Below, in pieces: positions 36,201 to 48,355 of a stretch of 64,000 bases of DNA. Positions within the stretch are counted from its first letter, which is position 1; the number at the start of each line of letters is the position of its first letter. The stretch is from the NCBI GenBank assembly GCA_965202585.1, contig OZ241829.1:22134001-22198000 (forward strand), written 5' to 3'. Source of the DNA: Thalia democratica (taxonomy: Eukaryota). A model generated the notes under the pieces. The model did not search any database and was not told the DNA's origin. It saw only the letters and a program-made list of their open reading frames with translations. The translations under genes were made by a program, and so were the position numbers.

Positions 36201-39200
36201 ACCTTGAAAAATATTATCAAAACTTTATCACCGAGTACTTAAAACGTATTTTGCCAATTGCTATAATTCAATTGAAGTGAACTTATCTAACAGCAATTTT
36301 TTAATTTTAACTTAAGTGCAATTGAGTTTTGTTTTTGACAGAAACTATAAATACGAAGTTTAATGACTTATGGTTTAACCATATTTAACTATTTAAGAAA
36401 AAAACTTAATTATTGTATAAAAGTAAAATTGTTAGTAAAATTTTAAACTGTAAAATTTACCTATATAAAAACAAGAACTGATATGAGAGGATTGTATTGT
36501 TTATTTTCAATTATTTTTATCCAAAATTGTGAAAATATAGTAGCAGTTATGTCAAAATCTAACAAACAATACAAATTTGTAATCTAACAAACATATGTCT
36601 ACTTACCCCTCAGCAAAGTTTAAATTGATGAATGTACTAAAAGTTTGTTTTCCGATATAGATAAAAACTGTACTCAAAATGTATAAAAACATTAAAAAAA
36701 GTAATATTGTTGTTTTAAACGTTCAATTTTACACTCTTTGTATATTTTATTTTAAATAATTTTCATTATTTTTTTTAACTTAATTAACCAGTCTACTCCC
36801 ATGATTACCCTACAGCAACGTTATTCTGCTACTTTTTTAGTTAGCTACTTGGCAGTGTTTAATTTCTTCAAAGTATTGAAAGTTTAATTTTTCTCGTACA
36901 TAAAACCTATACCCATGCTTTTCACAATGTTGAAAAGATACAAGGGAACCTTTTTGTATAAAAACTTTACACAATTGTAAATATCTACTAACAGTTACAA
37001 ACTGTTTTTAGCTGTCAACTCATATGAAGATTTTTACAAACATTTTTTATACCATGTACATTACATAAAACAAGATTTATATAAAAATCAGTAAATCATT
37101 CCAGGACAAGTCAGTTTTTTATTTGTGATTTTTCTTCTGCATTAACAATTTTTTTAAATCAAAAAATAAAAAAATTTATTGCATATTACAGTTAGTTCTA
37201 TTAGCTTATAAGTTTACTGAAGACGGATTTTTATCTGAAAACGTACACTACACTGTAATTACTTATTAATCGCACTGATATGAGGCATTCAGCTTTGTTA
37301 CAAAAACTACAAACTCCAACCTGTCTGCTCTCGTGGTTGCCCCTCAGCAAGGTGATCCTGCTGCTGTATTTCGCTTTTAAAGCGATCAGCAGCGTGAACG
37401 TCTCCAGCGAAAAGTATCCCCTGTCCACGAAGTCGCCCAGGAACACGTAGTTCATGTCGGGGACTTTACCGCCTGTGAGAAAAATTCAATTTACATCATC
37501 GACTTTACTTGTGTACTAACTTTAATTTTGTAAATGTGTTTAAACCTATGCAATTTTTCCTGCAATCTTTTAAATTTGAAAAATAGTATTACTGAAGCTT
37601 TGTATATAAAAGAGATGTTTGATTTAAAAATGTTGATTGTCAAGAAAAATTACTAAACTATGTGTTAAAAGTCATCAAGTCGTTAGTGTAATAAACAGCA
37701 TAAGTAACTCAACTGTGAAATATGATAACTCTTATATATAAAATAAAACTATAAGGATCAATTACTTTTATACGCTTTTGAAGGTAAGCAACAAACAAAT
37801 AATTTAGTTTTTATACTTTTTTTAGCTTAAAAATCACTTTAATTTAATTACGAAAAAAAAAAATTATAATTAAAAAAACTAAAATATAAATAATTAGTAA
37901 AAAAAATTTAACACAATCAAACCTTTTATTTTAAATTCAAAATGCTCATTTTAATATATATCGCTCTAATCGATATATATTGATGCAAAACTATTATCTA
38001 TGATGTCATTAGAGACCGTACTTCTTACAAAATGCCAACGATAAACATTTAAAAATATGACCTGAAGAAGAAGAAATAATTTTAAAAAATCTTTTAATTC
38101 GATAATGCATTTTAAATTGATGCATTTCAGTTAAATACGCTGACGTTCACACAAATATCAATAAAATCATCACTAGAAAAAATTTTCCTTCTAAATAAAA
38201 AAATACCATAATTTCAAGTTCCGTGTACTGTATTCATTTGCATAAAACTTAGTATTGTTGTGTAACTTTTTTTTCAAGTCTAGATTAAACAAACAAAAAC
38301 ATTGTGCTATTTACTTTTAATTAATTTACTACTGCAAGTGTTATCTATTAGCATTTTGTCTAAATCAAAATAACTGTTTATTCGATTATTATTAACTATA
38401 TACTATTATAATAGTTTTTTTAAATTTCTAAATACTAAACGTAGCAATAACAAAATACTACTATTTTCAATGTAACCAAGATTTATTTAACAGTTATGCT
38501 ATTTATTTCAACAAATATTCAACAACCACAAAAGCTAGCAAGCTTTTTGCAATAAGTACAGATAATAATTACAAAATTTATTTTTTTATTTCTAAGATTA
38601 ACAATTTTAGTACAATAATTAAATTGTTTAATTAACTACATGTGTAACAGCGGATTTACAGTCATTTACTAATTTAGTCATTGATTTAATTACTAATTAC
38701 TAGAAAATAATTTAGAAATTTTATTTGAAATCGAAAAGACTTATTTATTTTTCCATCTTAATTTTGTATTTAAGTGTGTTATTTAATTAATAGTATTTTA
38801 TGTTTTGCAAAAAACCGTTTTTTTTTAATTACTACTGAAACCGCTTTTTTAATAAATGATTTATATTATTTTTCTTTTTTTAGTCATTCTATTACAAAAA
38901 TATCATTTAAGTATTTTCAAACCAAACAATTAAAAAGTAAATAAGTTTAATACTTTCATAATTGAAACATGTTCGTTTTTAAAACTTTCAAAACTATTCT
39001 TAACATCCAGCTTTTTCATCTTTGTTTTTACCCTAAACTAATTTTATTATTTGAGATATAATTTTTAATGCTTAATATTTTAAATAACTAACTTATCTTA
39101 CTTATTAATATTACTTCTGCACTCAGTACAGCGTTATTTTTAAATTCATACCAACCGCTAACTATTTACACTTGCCGCTTGAACAGGCAACGCGCATTGT

Positions 39201-40833
39201 ATTCAAATAAAGTTTTTAAAGTTCATGTTTTAAAGATCAATTTTACAGATAAACATTTTTGCAAAAACGAACTTTTTGTTGTTCAAAAAGCTTTGGGCGG
39301 TATGGAAATGCTAACAAATGTTTTCAAAGCAATCGCTTACGGCGTACTCTTACGTATTTAGTGTATTCGCAACCTTAAATTACAGTCTTTTGCATTTGAA
39401 ACTTTCACTGAACACACAACTTGTTTGTTAACATATCTTTTAGTTTAATTTTAGAAATTTCTCAATTATTCAAACAATTGTATTTTGCCCTTTATCTGCA
39501 GACGACGCCACACTATATTCGAAATTAAATTTTCCACCTGCCACTTTCAAGACGATTATAAAAACTACCTTGGCATTGTATCCAAATTTATAAATTTTTG
39601 CATGATTTTACTAGAGATCATCTTTTAGCTGTTTGTGAAACAACAGTTAGTGAAACTGTGTTTTTTTTGTGACGAAGCAAAATGTTTCTAAATGAAATTA
39701 TTTTTATCTCTACTTGTTAGTTTTGAATTTTTGTACTTCTATTATAACATTGATAGAAATAAAACTGAGATATTTAATCTTAAAATACTTTCGGTTTGAT
39801 TGTTAGATAAGTATTGTGGCAAAATAAAATCTTATTATAGTTATACTTATAAACACCAGTATAAATACATTCCTTAATATATAGATTTTAAAACGAATAT
39901 TAACCAGTTTGTATGTAAACAAGCAGTATATTTTTACTACCAGTTTTGAACAATGTTAAAAAACTATATAATTAACCATGATTATTGTAACATTCAACGC
40001 AAAGATATATAAACATTTACTAATTTGTTACATTAGGGATGATTTTTCTTTAATTTGGAAGTCGTTCACACCGGATCCACATTTACTTGGAAGACTTTTA
40101 CTATCACACTACTTTTGCAATCTTATAGTGTAAACAGTTTCTTATCTGTTTACAAAACAAATAAAAACGAATTAAAACTGATTAGTCCTTTAACTTGAAT
40201 CAAAATACACTCGGGACTTAACTTTAATCTAATAGTATGTTTTTATTAAACATCGTGAATAACTGAAGTATTCTAAGCACACAGGCTTTCATCAAATTTA
40301 TTTTTCTTTTTAACTACACCAAAAACAAAAGTACAAACTAACCAGTTTAAAGCGGCTGCAGTGTATGTCACCGCAAACATATACATAATAACAATTTATT
40401 ACGAAGTGCATTTTGTCAACATAATAGCAATAATGTCATACACTATATGATCATGCAAACCAACCAGTTTTAAACAACTGCAGCAAATCGTAGAACTGCC
40501 CGTGTATATCACCACTAACACTCACAGATGTGATAATTATCAACATTACTTGCAATTTAAGTATGTGTACAACTGCATTAGCAACAAACAAATATTCAAA
40601 GTAACAATACATAATGTAATGTACATTAGCAACATACCAGTTTTAAACAACTGCAGCAAATCGTAGAACTGCCCGTGTATGTCACCGCATACGCTGACCG
40701 GAGTGCTAACCGGCTGCACGTTCGATTCCTCGATGAGTATTGAGCACACGTGACTGCACAGCTGCTTCAGCTCCCTCTCAGGAAGGTACTTGCACTTTGA
40801 ACACGTTTCCAAGATTTTTTCTATGTCTTTCAT
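33274..40833 (-). CDS. PPP6C: Serine/threonine-protein phosphatase 6 catalytic subunit, 6 exons, 303 aa
   Basis: Exons: 40638-40833, 37321-37472, 35351-35538, 34353-34467, 33866-33999, 33274-33400. GT-AG introns, phases consistent. PPP motifs [34 protein letters not shown] are intact. CKYLPE..LK.LC and [12 protein letters not shown] are PP6-type. Confidence 0.96.
39480..39600 (+). mobile_element. Non-LTR retrotransposon reverse-transcriptase remnant in PPP6C intron 1
   Basis: Reads [12 protein letters not shown] (like the (Y/F)ADDxTL RT motif), followed after a frameshift by FQDDYKNYL (like LQ.DL..L). Short and decayed. Confidence 0.4.
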
Positions 40834-41371
40834 TATATATTTGTTTGCTGCAATTAACAAAACCTTTTAAATTTAAATCAGGTTGTTCTAATAGCAAAAT
40901 ATTCTAATCAAAAACTAAACTTTATAGGTGGATCGAGTACAAAGAACTGTAAGTAAATTAAATTTAGATTTATTTATCAATCCATGTCTTATTGTGAACA
41001 GCAAAATTAACAAAAACACCACAAACAAAAAACCTTAAAAATCTTTAATTAATTAAGTTATAGATGCAACTGAAATTAAACTTGTCGACAGATATGTTAA
41101 GAACACAAATAAGATCTTTTAAAACTATTAAACTTAATACTTTAAAATTTTTATTAAGGTCTAAAGAAAATTATTTCTAAAAAACTAAATCATTCGAAAT
41201 ATGAAAAAGCATTCAATAAACCAAAACAACACAAAATGTCTCTAAATAAAAATGTTCTAAATTTGCAGTCACTTCAGTAGATGACCATCAATTTTCTAAA
41301 TTCAAAGGAAAAATCCATTTAAAGAACTCGAATATTCTTCTATATAGGTAATTTCCCCTTGTGCGATACTA

Positions 41372-43844
41372 TTACACCAACAGAACAGCGTTGACGCAGC
41401 AGTCGTTCTCAGGGTTGTTGGTGACTTGGGCGTACTTTCCCCAAATGATCTTACCACCTTGGGTCACAAGACCCAGTTCGCTGACGTTCACCTCAATGAT
41501 AGTTCCTTTGGTCAATACTCCGAGTGAGGTGTACATGGCTGTTGAGAAAAAAAGACTTATTTAAACAAACTATTACATACAATAAGTCAAGACATTCCAA
41601 TTTTAGGTTTGTATTGATGAGTATTTATAACAAGTATAAATTGTAGTTTATAAATACAACATTGTATTACTATTAGTTGATTCAATTTGAATATCAGATC
41701 AATAGCATTTTGTGAACTAATTTGTAGTTTAAAAATGTATTATCTTTGATTGTTCAAGTAATCAACTTAAGTCATGTTAAGTAAAGTGTTAATATAATCT
41801 TAATCTTAAAAAATTATTACAAAAAATTTAAAAATGTCCAAAAAATGGTAAAGCTTAAAATCTTTTCAAATGTGTTAAAATACAAAACAGTTCTATTGTA
41901 TGCTAGACACGTACCTGATGAAGGGTTCTTTTTGACACCGATAATATCAAGGCAGAAAGTGGTTTTCAACTCAGGGTGGGTCACGTGAGCCTTCTTCATT
42001 CTAAGGGCCATGGGGCGGATGAACCTCTCGTACTTTGGCGGTTTGCGAGTGAAAGTGTCGGGCACGTAAGTGCACATTGTTACCTAAAATTTTTGGACTA
42101 AATTAGTAAAAATATCGTTGTCATTAAGCAATAATATTAGTTATTTTAACACTTAAATTTTTAACGAAAAAATAATTCAAATCAATCGATTGAAATGCAT
42201 TTACACTTACATTTTATATACCAACTCAATTGAATAACATTATTAGATAAATGAATATAAGAAATTTAGGAAAAAACTGTAAAAAAGTGCTTAATATTTT
42301 TCTAAAATAATTAAAAGAAACTATCTTTTTCATGATTTACTTAAATCAGTTGTAATATTTAAAAACTGTAATTTCAATTAGTTGCAACATAAAACACAAA
42401 CAAAATCAAATTGATTTATATATTCAAAAAATTTTTGAAAACTAACTTTTCTCTTCCAAGCCTTCTTCTTTCTCTTACCAGTCTGAATTACCTTGAACAC
42501 GTCTGCCTCACTCTGTGCCCTCACCTTAGGAATTGGCACGTTCCACTTGCCCGCCTTCTCCTTACGCTTCTGCTTCACCATGTTGGACAGCACCTGTTAA
42601 AAAGTTTGATAAGTTTAACTAAATAAAGTTGTGATTGTGTTAGTTGTCCTAAAACCTCACGTAGGGATACATGTTAACAAGAACAAATAAGGCTTAAAGT
42701 GGAGATGTCAACAAATTGTGAATATATAGGTACAATAAATATAGATAATGTTGAAAACAATTAAAAAATTAAATAAATACTTCAAATGAACAAACTTATT
42801 CTGTAATTGGTTGTACTATAATAGCAACTCATATTACAAGCAACAGAAAATGTTTATTTATGTTAAACTTTCTTTATAAGACATTAAGGTAGTAAAAAGG
42901 TTTACTTAGTTCAAAGCTACTAAGTTATTGTAAAAAGTTAACATTCTAACTTTTTGCATGCTAAAAAAAATTACTTGTATACAGTAGAAATAACAGCACC
43001 TTTTAATTTATTGATTTATGCTCATTTGTTTAAATTAAAACATATTATTCAATGCAAACCTTGGCCCTGTTATGGCCTTCCCTCTCAACCAGGTAAGTTG
43101 GCACGGTTCCTTCAGGTGTTTTGTCATTATCTTTCTGCTTGGTGTTTTTCTGATCATGAATTCTCAGTGTCTTCTTCATCTGAATCTTCTCAAGCCTAAA
43201 GTCAAGTTGTTTACATTGTAGTTGATTAACATTTTACTTATACAAAATATGTTTTGAAGTCATTTTGGTAGTCTTTAACCCTAAATAGTTTCTTACCTCT
43301 ATGTCAACAGATAACAACTTTTTTTAAATTTAATTAATTTAAAAACACTTTTATTCCTTATTCTAACAAGTATTCAGAATCATAGGTACCATTATTATCT
43401 TTTATAATAAATAATAAATTATAAAAATATTCATTATTTTATTAAGTAACAAACATAATACTGTTTGATATGTCTTTCCTTTCATTACTTTAGCCTTTAA
43501 ACTTATAGTAGCTTCAAATGAAGTGAAACTAAAAAGCAATAGGCTCGACTTAATTGTCTAAATCATAAATAACCATTGATTGTATTGATTATAAAATTTT
43601 GAAACCATAAGGTTTAAACAGAAGTCCTAAAATTTGTGAAAGCTTCATTATCTACATTACCACTTATTTGATATTCTTACCTTCTCTCCCTATTCATCAG
43701 CTTGGCCTTCAGCCCAATGGTCTTCCTGGCCTTCTTACTGAACTCGTGGGGAGCACGAGCCTCCTTTTTCCTCTTTCTCTCCTCATAATCCAGCCTACGC
43801 CCGTGAAGCTTGATGTGCCTCTCAATATGCTCGTTCTGTGGCAT
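41372..43844 (-). CDS. NSA2: Ribosome biogenesis protein NSA2 homolog, 5 exons, 260 aa
   Basis: Exons: 43681-43844, 43060-43195, 42447-42593, 41915-42083, 41372-41538. Translation MPQNEHIE...[18 protein letters not shown]...[15 protein letters not shown]...AHVTHPELK...[20 protein letters not shown] matches the NSA2 family end to end. Confidence 0.97.
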
Positions 43845-45324
43845 CTTGTTTTAAGTGATATTTAAAATTGATTCTGTAAAAATGTTCCAAGTTAAACATA
43901 CAACTTGTATTACAAAATGTTAATTGCTTTTGTTTAAGTGTGATTGTCCTGTATGATCTTTTAACATATTTTCTTGAAAAAAGAAAGAAAAGTTTGAAAA
44001 AAATTAAAGCAAAAATGCCCTTTGAATTCACCCTTAAATTAGAGTTTTTTTAAATTAAGTTAAATGTTTTAATTGACAAGTTGTTTGTTTTAAAATGTTA
44101 ATTGCTAAGAAACAATGGGAGTGCAACTAGAAATCCTTTTTTATCTTAGATTAAAAAAAATTAAAGTTTGACAAAATCCAATTAACTTATTGAGTCATAA
44201 ATAAAATCCTAAAAATATTTAGGATCTAAATAAAAGTAAAACTCAGAGTTGTCAAAATGCTAATAGTTGTTATGCCAATTAAACACTGAAGCAAAGATAT
44301 TTTTGCTTGTTTCAAGTTGTTAATTTCACGCTTAAGTAAATAAAGCAATGCTTTTTTTTCATAAATATGGTAAAGCTTGTGCTGTAAGAAAATATATTCT
44401 CTTAAATAGGTTATTTCATCTGTTTAAATTTTCAAGTTGATTATTATTTGAGCATACAAAACAGACTGCTTACAAGGATAAAGAAGGCTTACACACTTCT
44501 TGGTACAAACTGTTTTCACTTTGTTAAGTCTGGCTATCAGAAGCTTTTAAGATCTTGATAAATTTATTAGTTTTTTGTAAAATAAATTAGGAATAAGCCT
44601 TAAAGAGTTTAATAGGATAAATATGCCAGGTTGAAACTAAAAAGAAAAAGAAAAATATTTCACCATAAAACTTTATTTTTTCCAAAATTTAACCTATCAT
44701 TATTAGACATTTACAATTAGTATGTTTGTAATATTTAAATACTTATTTTAGAATCAAAACTTTATTTTGAAAAAAAATTTAAACCACTGTTTATTTTTTT
44801 TTAATCTTAAGTTTCTATTTTTAAAATATTTTTTATTCCAATTTGTAAAAGCTTAAAAAATTTTAAAGAAATATTATTTAAGAAATGTTAACAATTTAAA
44901 CTTTTTAGCTCAAAAACAAATCAAAAACAGATAGATTTTTATAAGTATTTGATGGCTGAAACAATTCACAAAATAAGTGCAGTATATAAACTTATTCCCA
45001 CATGAAACTTGGTTTAAAAAAACAGACTTCATATCAAAACTTTAACTAAATTTTTAGATGCTTTAAAAGATGACTTACAGCTCATACTCAAGCTTTATAA
45101 AAGATAATATTAGTTTTGGTAAAAAATATCCCTGAATTACTCATTGAACTTAAGAAAATATCGGAACAAGAGAACATTTTTATGAAACTAATACACTGAG
45201 TTATTCCTGCTCAATAAAAGTCTTATTATGACTATGTTACTAAATAACTTTAATAACAAAACACTCTCTGTAAAACAATTAGTTTTATATATCTAAACTT
45301 TAACTACACTGGCTTGAAATAAGT

Positions 45325-45718
45325 CAGGGTTGCCTTTCTTGGAGTCAAAAAATATGCTTAGTGACTAAAAACTGTCCTCAGTAACCTTAAACTATCGTGA
45401 GTTATTCAGAGTTGTTTTTAAGTACTTAAATGAAAATCTGAAACACAGATATGAAAAAATAATTTAAGTTTTAAAAATTATAAAAATCAAGTTTATGATA
45501 AAAATTGATTGTAAATTATCAAAATATTGAAACTGGAACAACTAAATATCTTTCAAGATTTATAAATGAACTTGATTGGGGTTTTCAAAAATACTATAAC
45601 TATTTAGAGATTGAAAAAAGTAAAACTGCCTCAGTCAGCAAGAGATAAACTTTTAATTTTAAACTAGCCTGAGCTATTCTGAGATTTTTTCAATTTAAAA
45701 CTGTGTGTGACAACCCTG
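45325..45718. mobile_element. hAT-type MITE
   Basis: Termini CAGGGTTGCC / GACAACCCTG; TSD-like aaataagt/atataaga (6/8 match). Confidence 0.65.
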
Positions 45719-46960
45719 ATATAAGATTATATTGTTATATAAGATGTTGAAAAGATGAGGAAGTAATAAAATATGGAAAGTTGTTGCTATTGCTGTTACA
45801 TGATAATTTGTATATGTAGATTATTTTAAGAATAAAACTTTAAATGTCTAAGGCAATATAAGGGTTCAACACTATTATACAACAGACAGAGCATTAACTC
45901 CTATATGAAAATTTGAAGTATAAAATATGAGACACTTTTTGTATAATATAAAAAAAAATTACTTTAAAAATATGTTTAATTTTGTAAAATATTTCTAATA
46001 CAACATACAGGCTGAACTTGTTTGTCAAATTACTTGGAAACTTGAAAACTATCTTAAAAACTATACACATTTATTATATAAGCTAGAAACCTCAAACTTT
46101 CAGATAACTTTCCTTTTTTTAGAGAATTGATGTTTTTTTTTAAGAAAAAATTTTTTGGTGTAAATTATGAAAAATCAATAATGGACCAACTATAAAATTT
46201 GAATAAGACTAGTTAAAAAGATAGGACAGACTTATAGAATAAAAATATTTTTTGTGTTTTTGTTTTTGTCATCCATAAGAAGCTATACCTCTACACTTTT
46301 ATATTACAAATATTTTACAAAACTGACTTTACCTTTAAGGTTTATTGAAAATTATATTATACTTATAAATTTAAATATAGGTCAAGTTTTGTTATTTATA
46401 TTTGGGCTCCTCCATAGCATTACTAAAAATAAATAAGTGCTACTATTTTGTTTGTGAATGAAAACTTTACTTCTGTCCAAGTAAAACTGTTTAAGGTGAA
46501 CTGTTATATAACTGATTCGCAGTAAGAAATTCTGGTAATATTTACTGTATTGTTCTGTGGTTTTGAAATTTGACCTTACAGTTCATATTGTAACTAGCTT
46601 TTGTTTAGGAGTTTTTAATATAAATCACATTATTATACATTTTATATATGACTTAAGTACACAATAAATACAAGTTGTATAAAACTTTTAACAACAATTA
46701 TATTAATAAAAGATTGATTAGTACCTTTTAAAAGTTCTTTTTAATTTAACTGGGTATTCCACTAATCACTTTTATGGTAATTTTAATTATACTGTTATGA
46801 CTTTACCTTAATAACAATTCAATGTTTAAAAGTTAACTTATTCTGACTGTTAGATTAAAAATAAAAATTATTTTCAAATATAAAACTGTCAATGAAATTA
46901 TAATTAGATAGTTGTGTAATAAAACAATAGTAAGTTAATACAAAATCATAATATATTAAT

Positions 46961-47606
46961 GGCATAGGGGTTAACACTTTTTTCACAATTTAGTCTCATT
47001 TTATTGAGTTTTAACTAAGCACTAAGTTGCTTTTACGGATTTTTAAACTCAAAATAATTTTTGAGATGTAGCCGTTCAAAGTTAGTGACTACAATAGGTT
47101 CCTTATGGGAGGCACAAACTAAAACAGTGAATATCTAGAAATCACTAAAAATCTATCTCCTGCTATGCTTTTTGAGATAACTACCTCAAACTTTCAGAAA
47201 ATATTCATTGCATTGTTTAGAAAATTCTTTTGGAACAAAATTTCAAAAATTAAAAAATAAAATCTAATGACAAAAAGCAAAACTGTTTTTTTTTATTTTT
47301 ACAATTTTATTTTTAGATTCCTTCTGATAGAATTTTTTGAATATTGCAAGGAACACTGTCTAAAAGTTTGAGGTCTTTATCCCAAAAAACGTTTGAGAAG
47401 ATATATTTTTAGTGAAATAGTCTTTTTATGTGGTTTTAGTTTGCGCCTCCAATAAGGAACCTAATGTTGCCTCTGACTTTGACCAGCTATAACACAAAAA
47501 GTAATTTTTAATTATTCAAATCTGTAAAGAGCATCTTGTAGCTTACTTAAAACTCTATAAAATAAGATCAAATTGTGAAAAAAGTGATTAACCCCCCCCC
47601 CATACC
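46961..47606. mobile_element. Long-TIR (foldback/MITE) palindromic element, ~645 bp
   Basis: Left end ggcataggggttaacacttttttcacaattt mirrors right end aaattgtgaaaaaagtgattaacccc. Inner arms 47095-47125 and 47433-47463 are inverted with 2 mismatches in 31 nt. Confidence 0.75.
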
Positions 47607-47952
47607 CTTTACATTTTGCAGAAAAAATAAAACACATTATATATTATAATATATAATTTTTTTAAACTGAGAGTTTGAGAAAAAACATTAAGTTCATAAT
47701 TCCATAGGAAATCCTCTTTTTACAAATAAAACAGCTCAGTAATTTGAAGATAAATCTTATTAAGTTTTTTAATAACTGGCTTTTAAAGTATAATAATATA
47801 TTGTAATTAAATTAACAATTTTGGCTTTTTAAGTTTGCATTTCTCTTACCAATTTTATTCTCAACTTTGATCATTAATCACTAGTCATTGAAAGCTTAAA
47901 ATTCATTCTAAATTCTTTAAAGCTGTAAATAATATCTGATGTATAACATTTA

Positions 47953-48355
47953 CAGGGTGGCCACTGGTTTTAGATAAATGTCTTCCAGGTTTTCTGAATT
48001 TCTTCTAGGTTTTTGAAAGCACACATTTTTGGTTCTATTTTTAGTTTTAAGTTAAGTTAAAAGTTAAAAACTGTGTTAAGCAGTATAACAACATTGCAAA
48101 TAATACTGTTAAGCTACTTTAAATATGTTTATTATTTTAAAAAATGTTAATAGTGTCAAAAAATGTTATCTATTAGATAGATTTTCACGTCAAATTTTTA
48201 TGCTTAACATGTAAAAATTGTTTAAAATTTCAGGTTTTTTATAATCCTTGTTCAAAATTCCAGACTTTTGCAAAACTTCTAAAATTTCAGACTTTTTTAG
48301 CCTACATTGTCAAATTCCAGGTTTTTCCAGGTTTCCAGATTTAGTGGCTACCTTG
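47953..48355. mobile_element. hAT-type MITE
   Basis: Termini CAGGGTGGCCACT / AGTGGCTACCTTG; collinear similarity to 30754-31077. Confidence 0.72.

Noticed and set aside
38120-38175. Possible box C/D snoRNA in PPP6C intron 1 (TGATGA...CTGA on the minus strand)
   Set aside because: Only ~50 nt between the boxes and no terminal stem.
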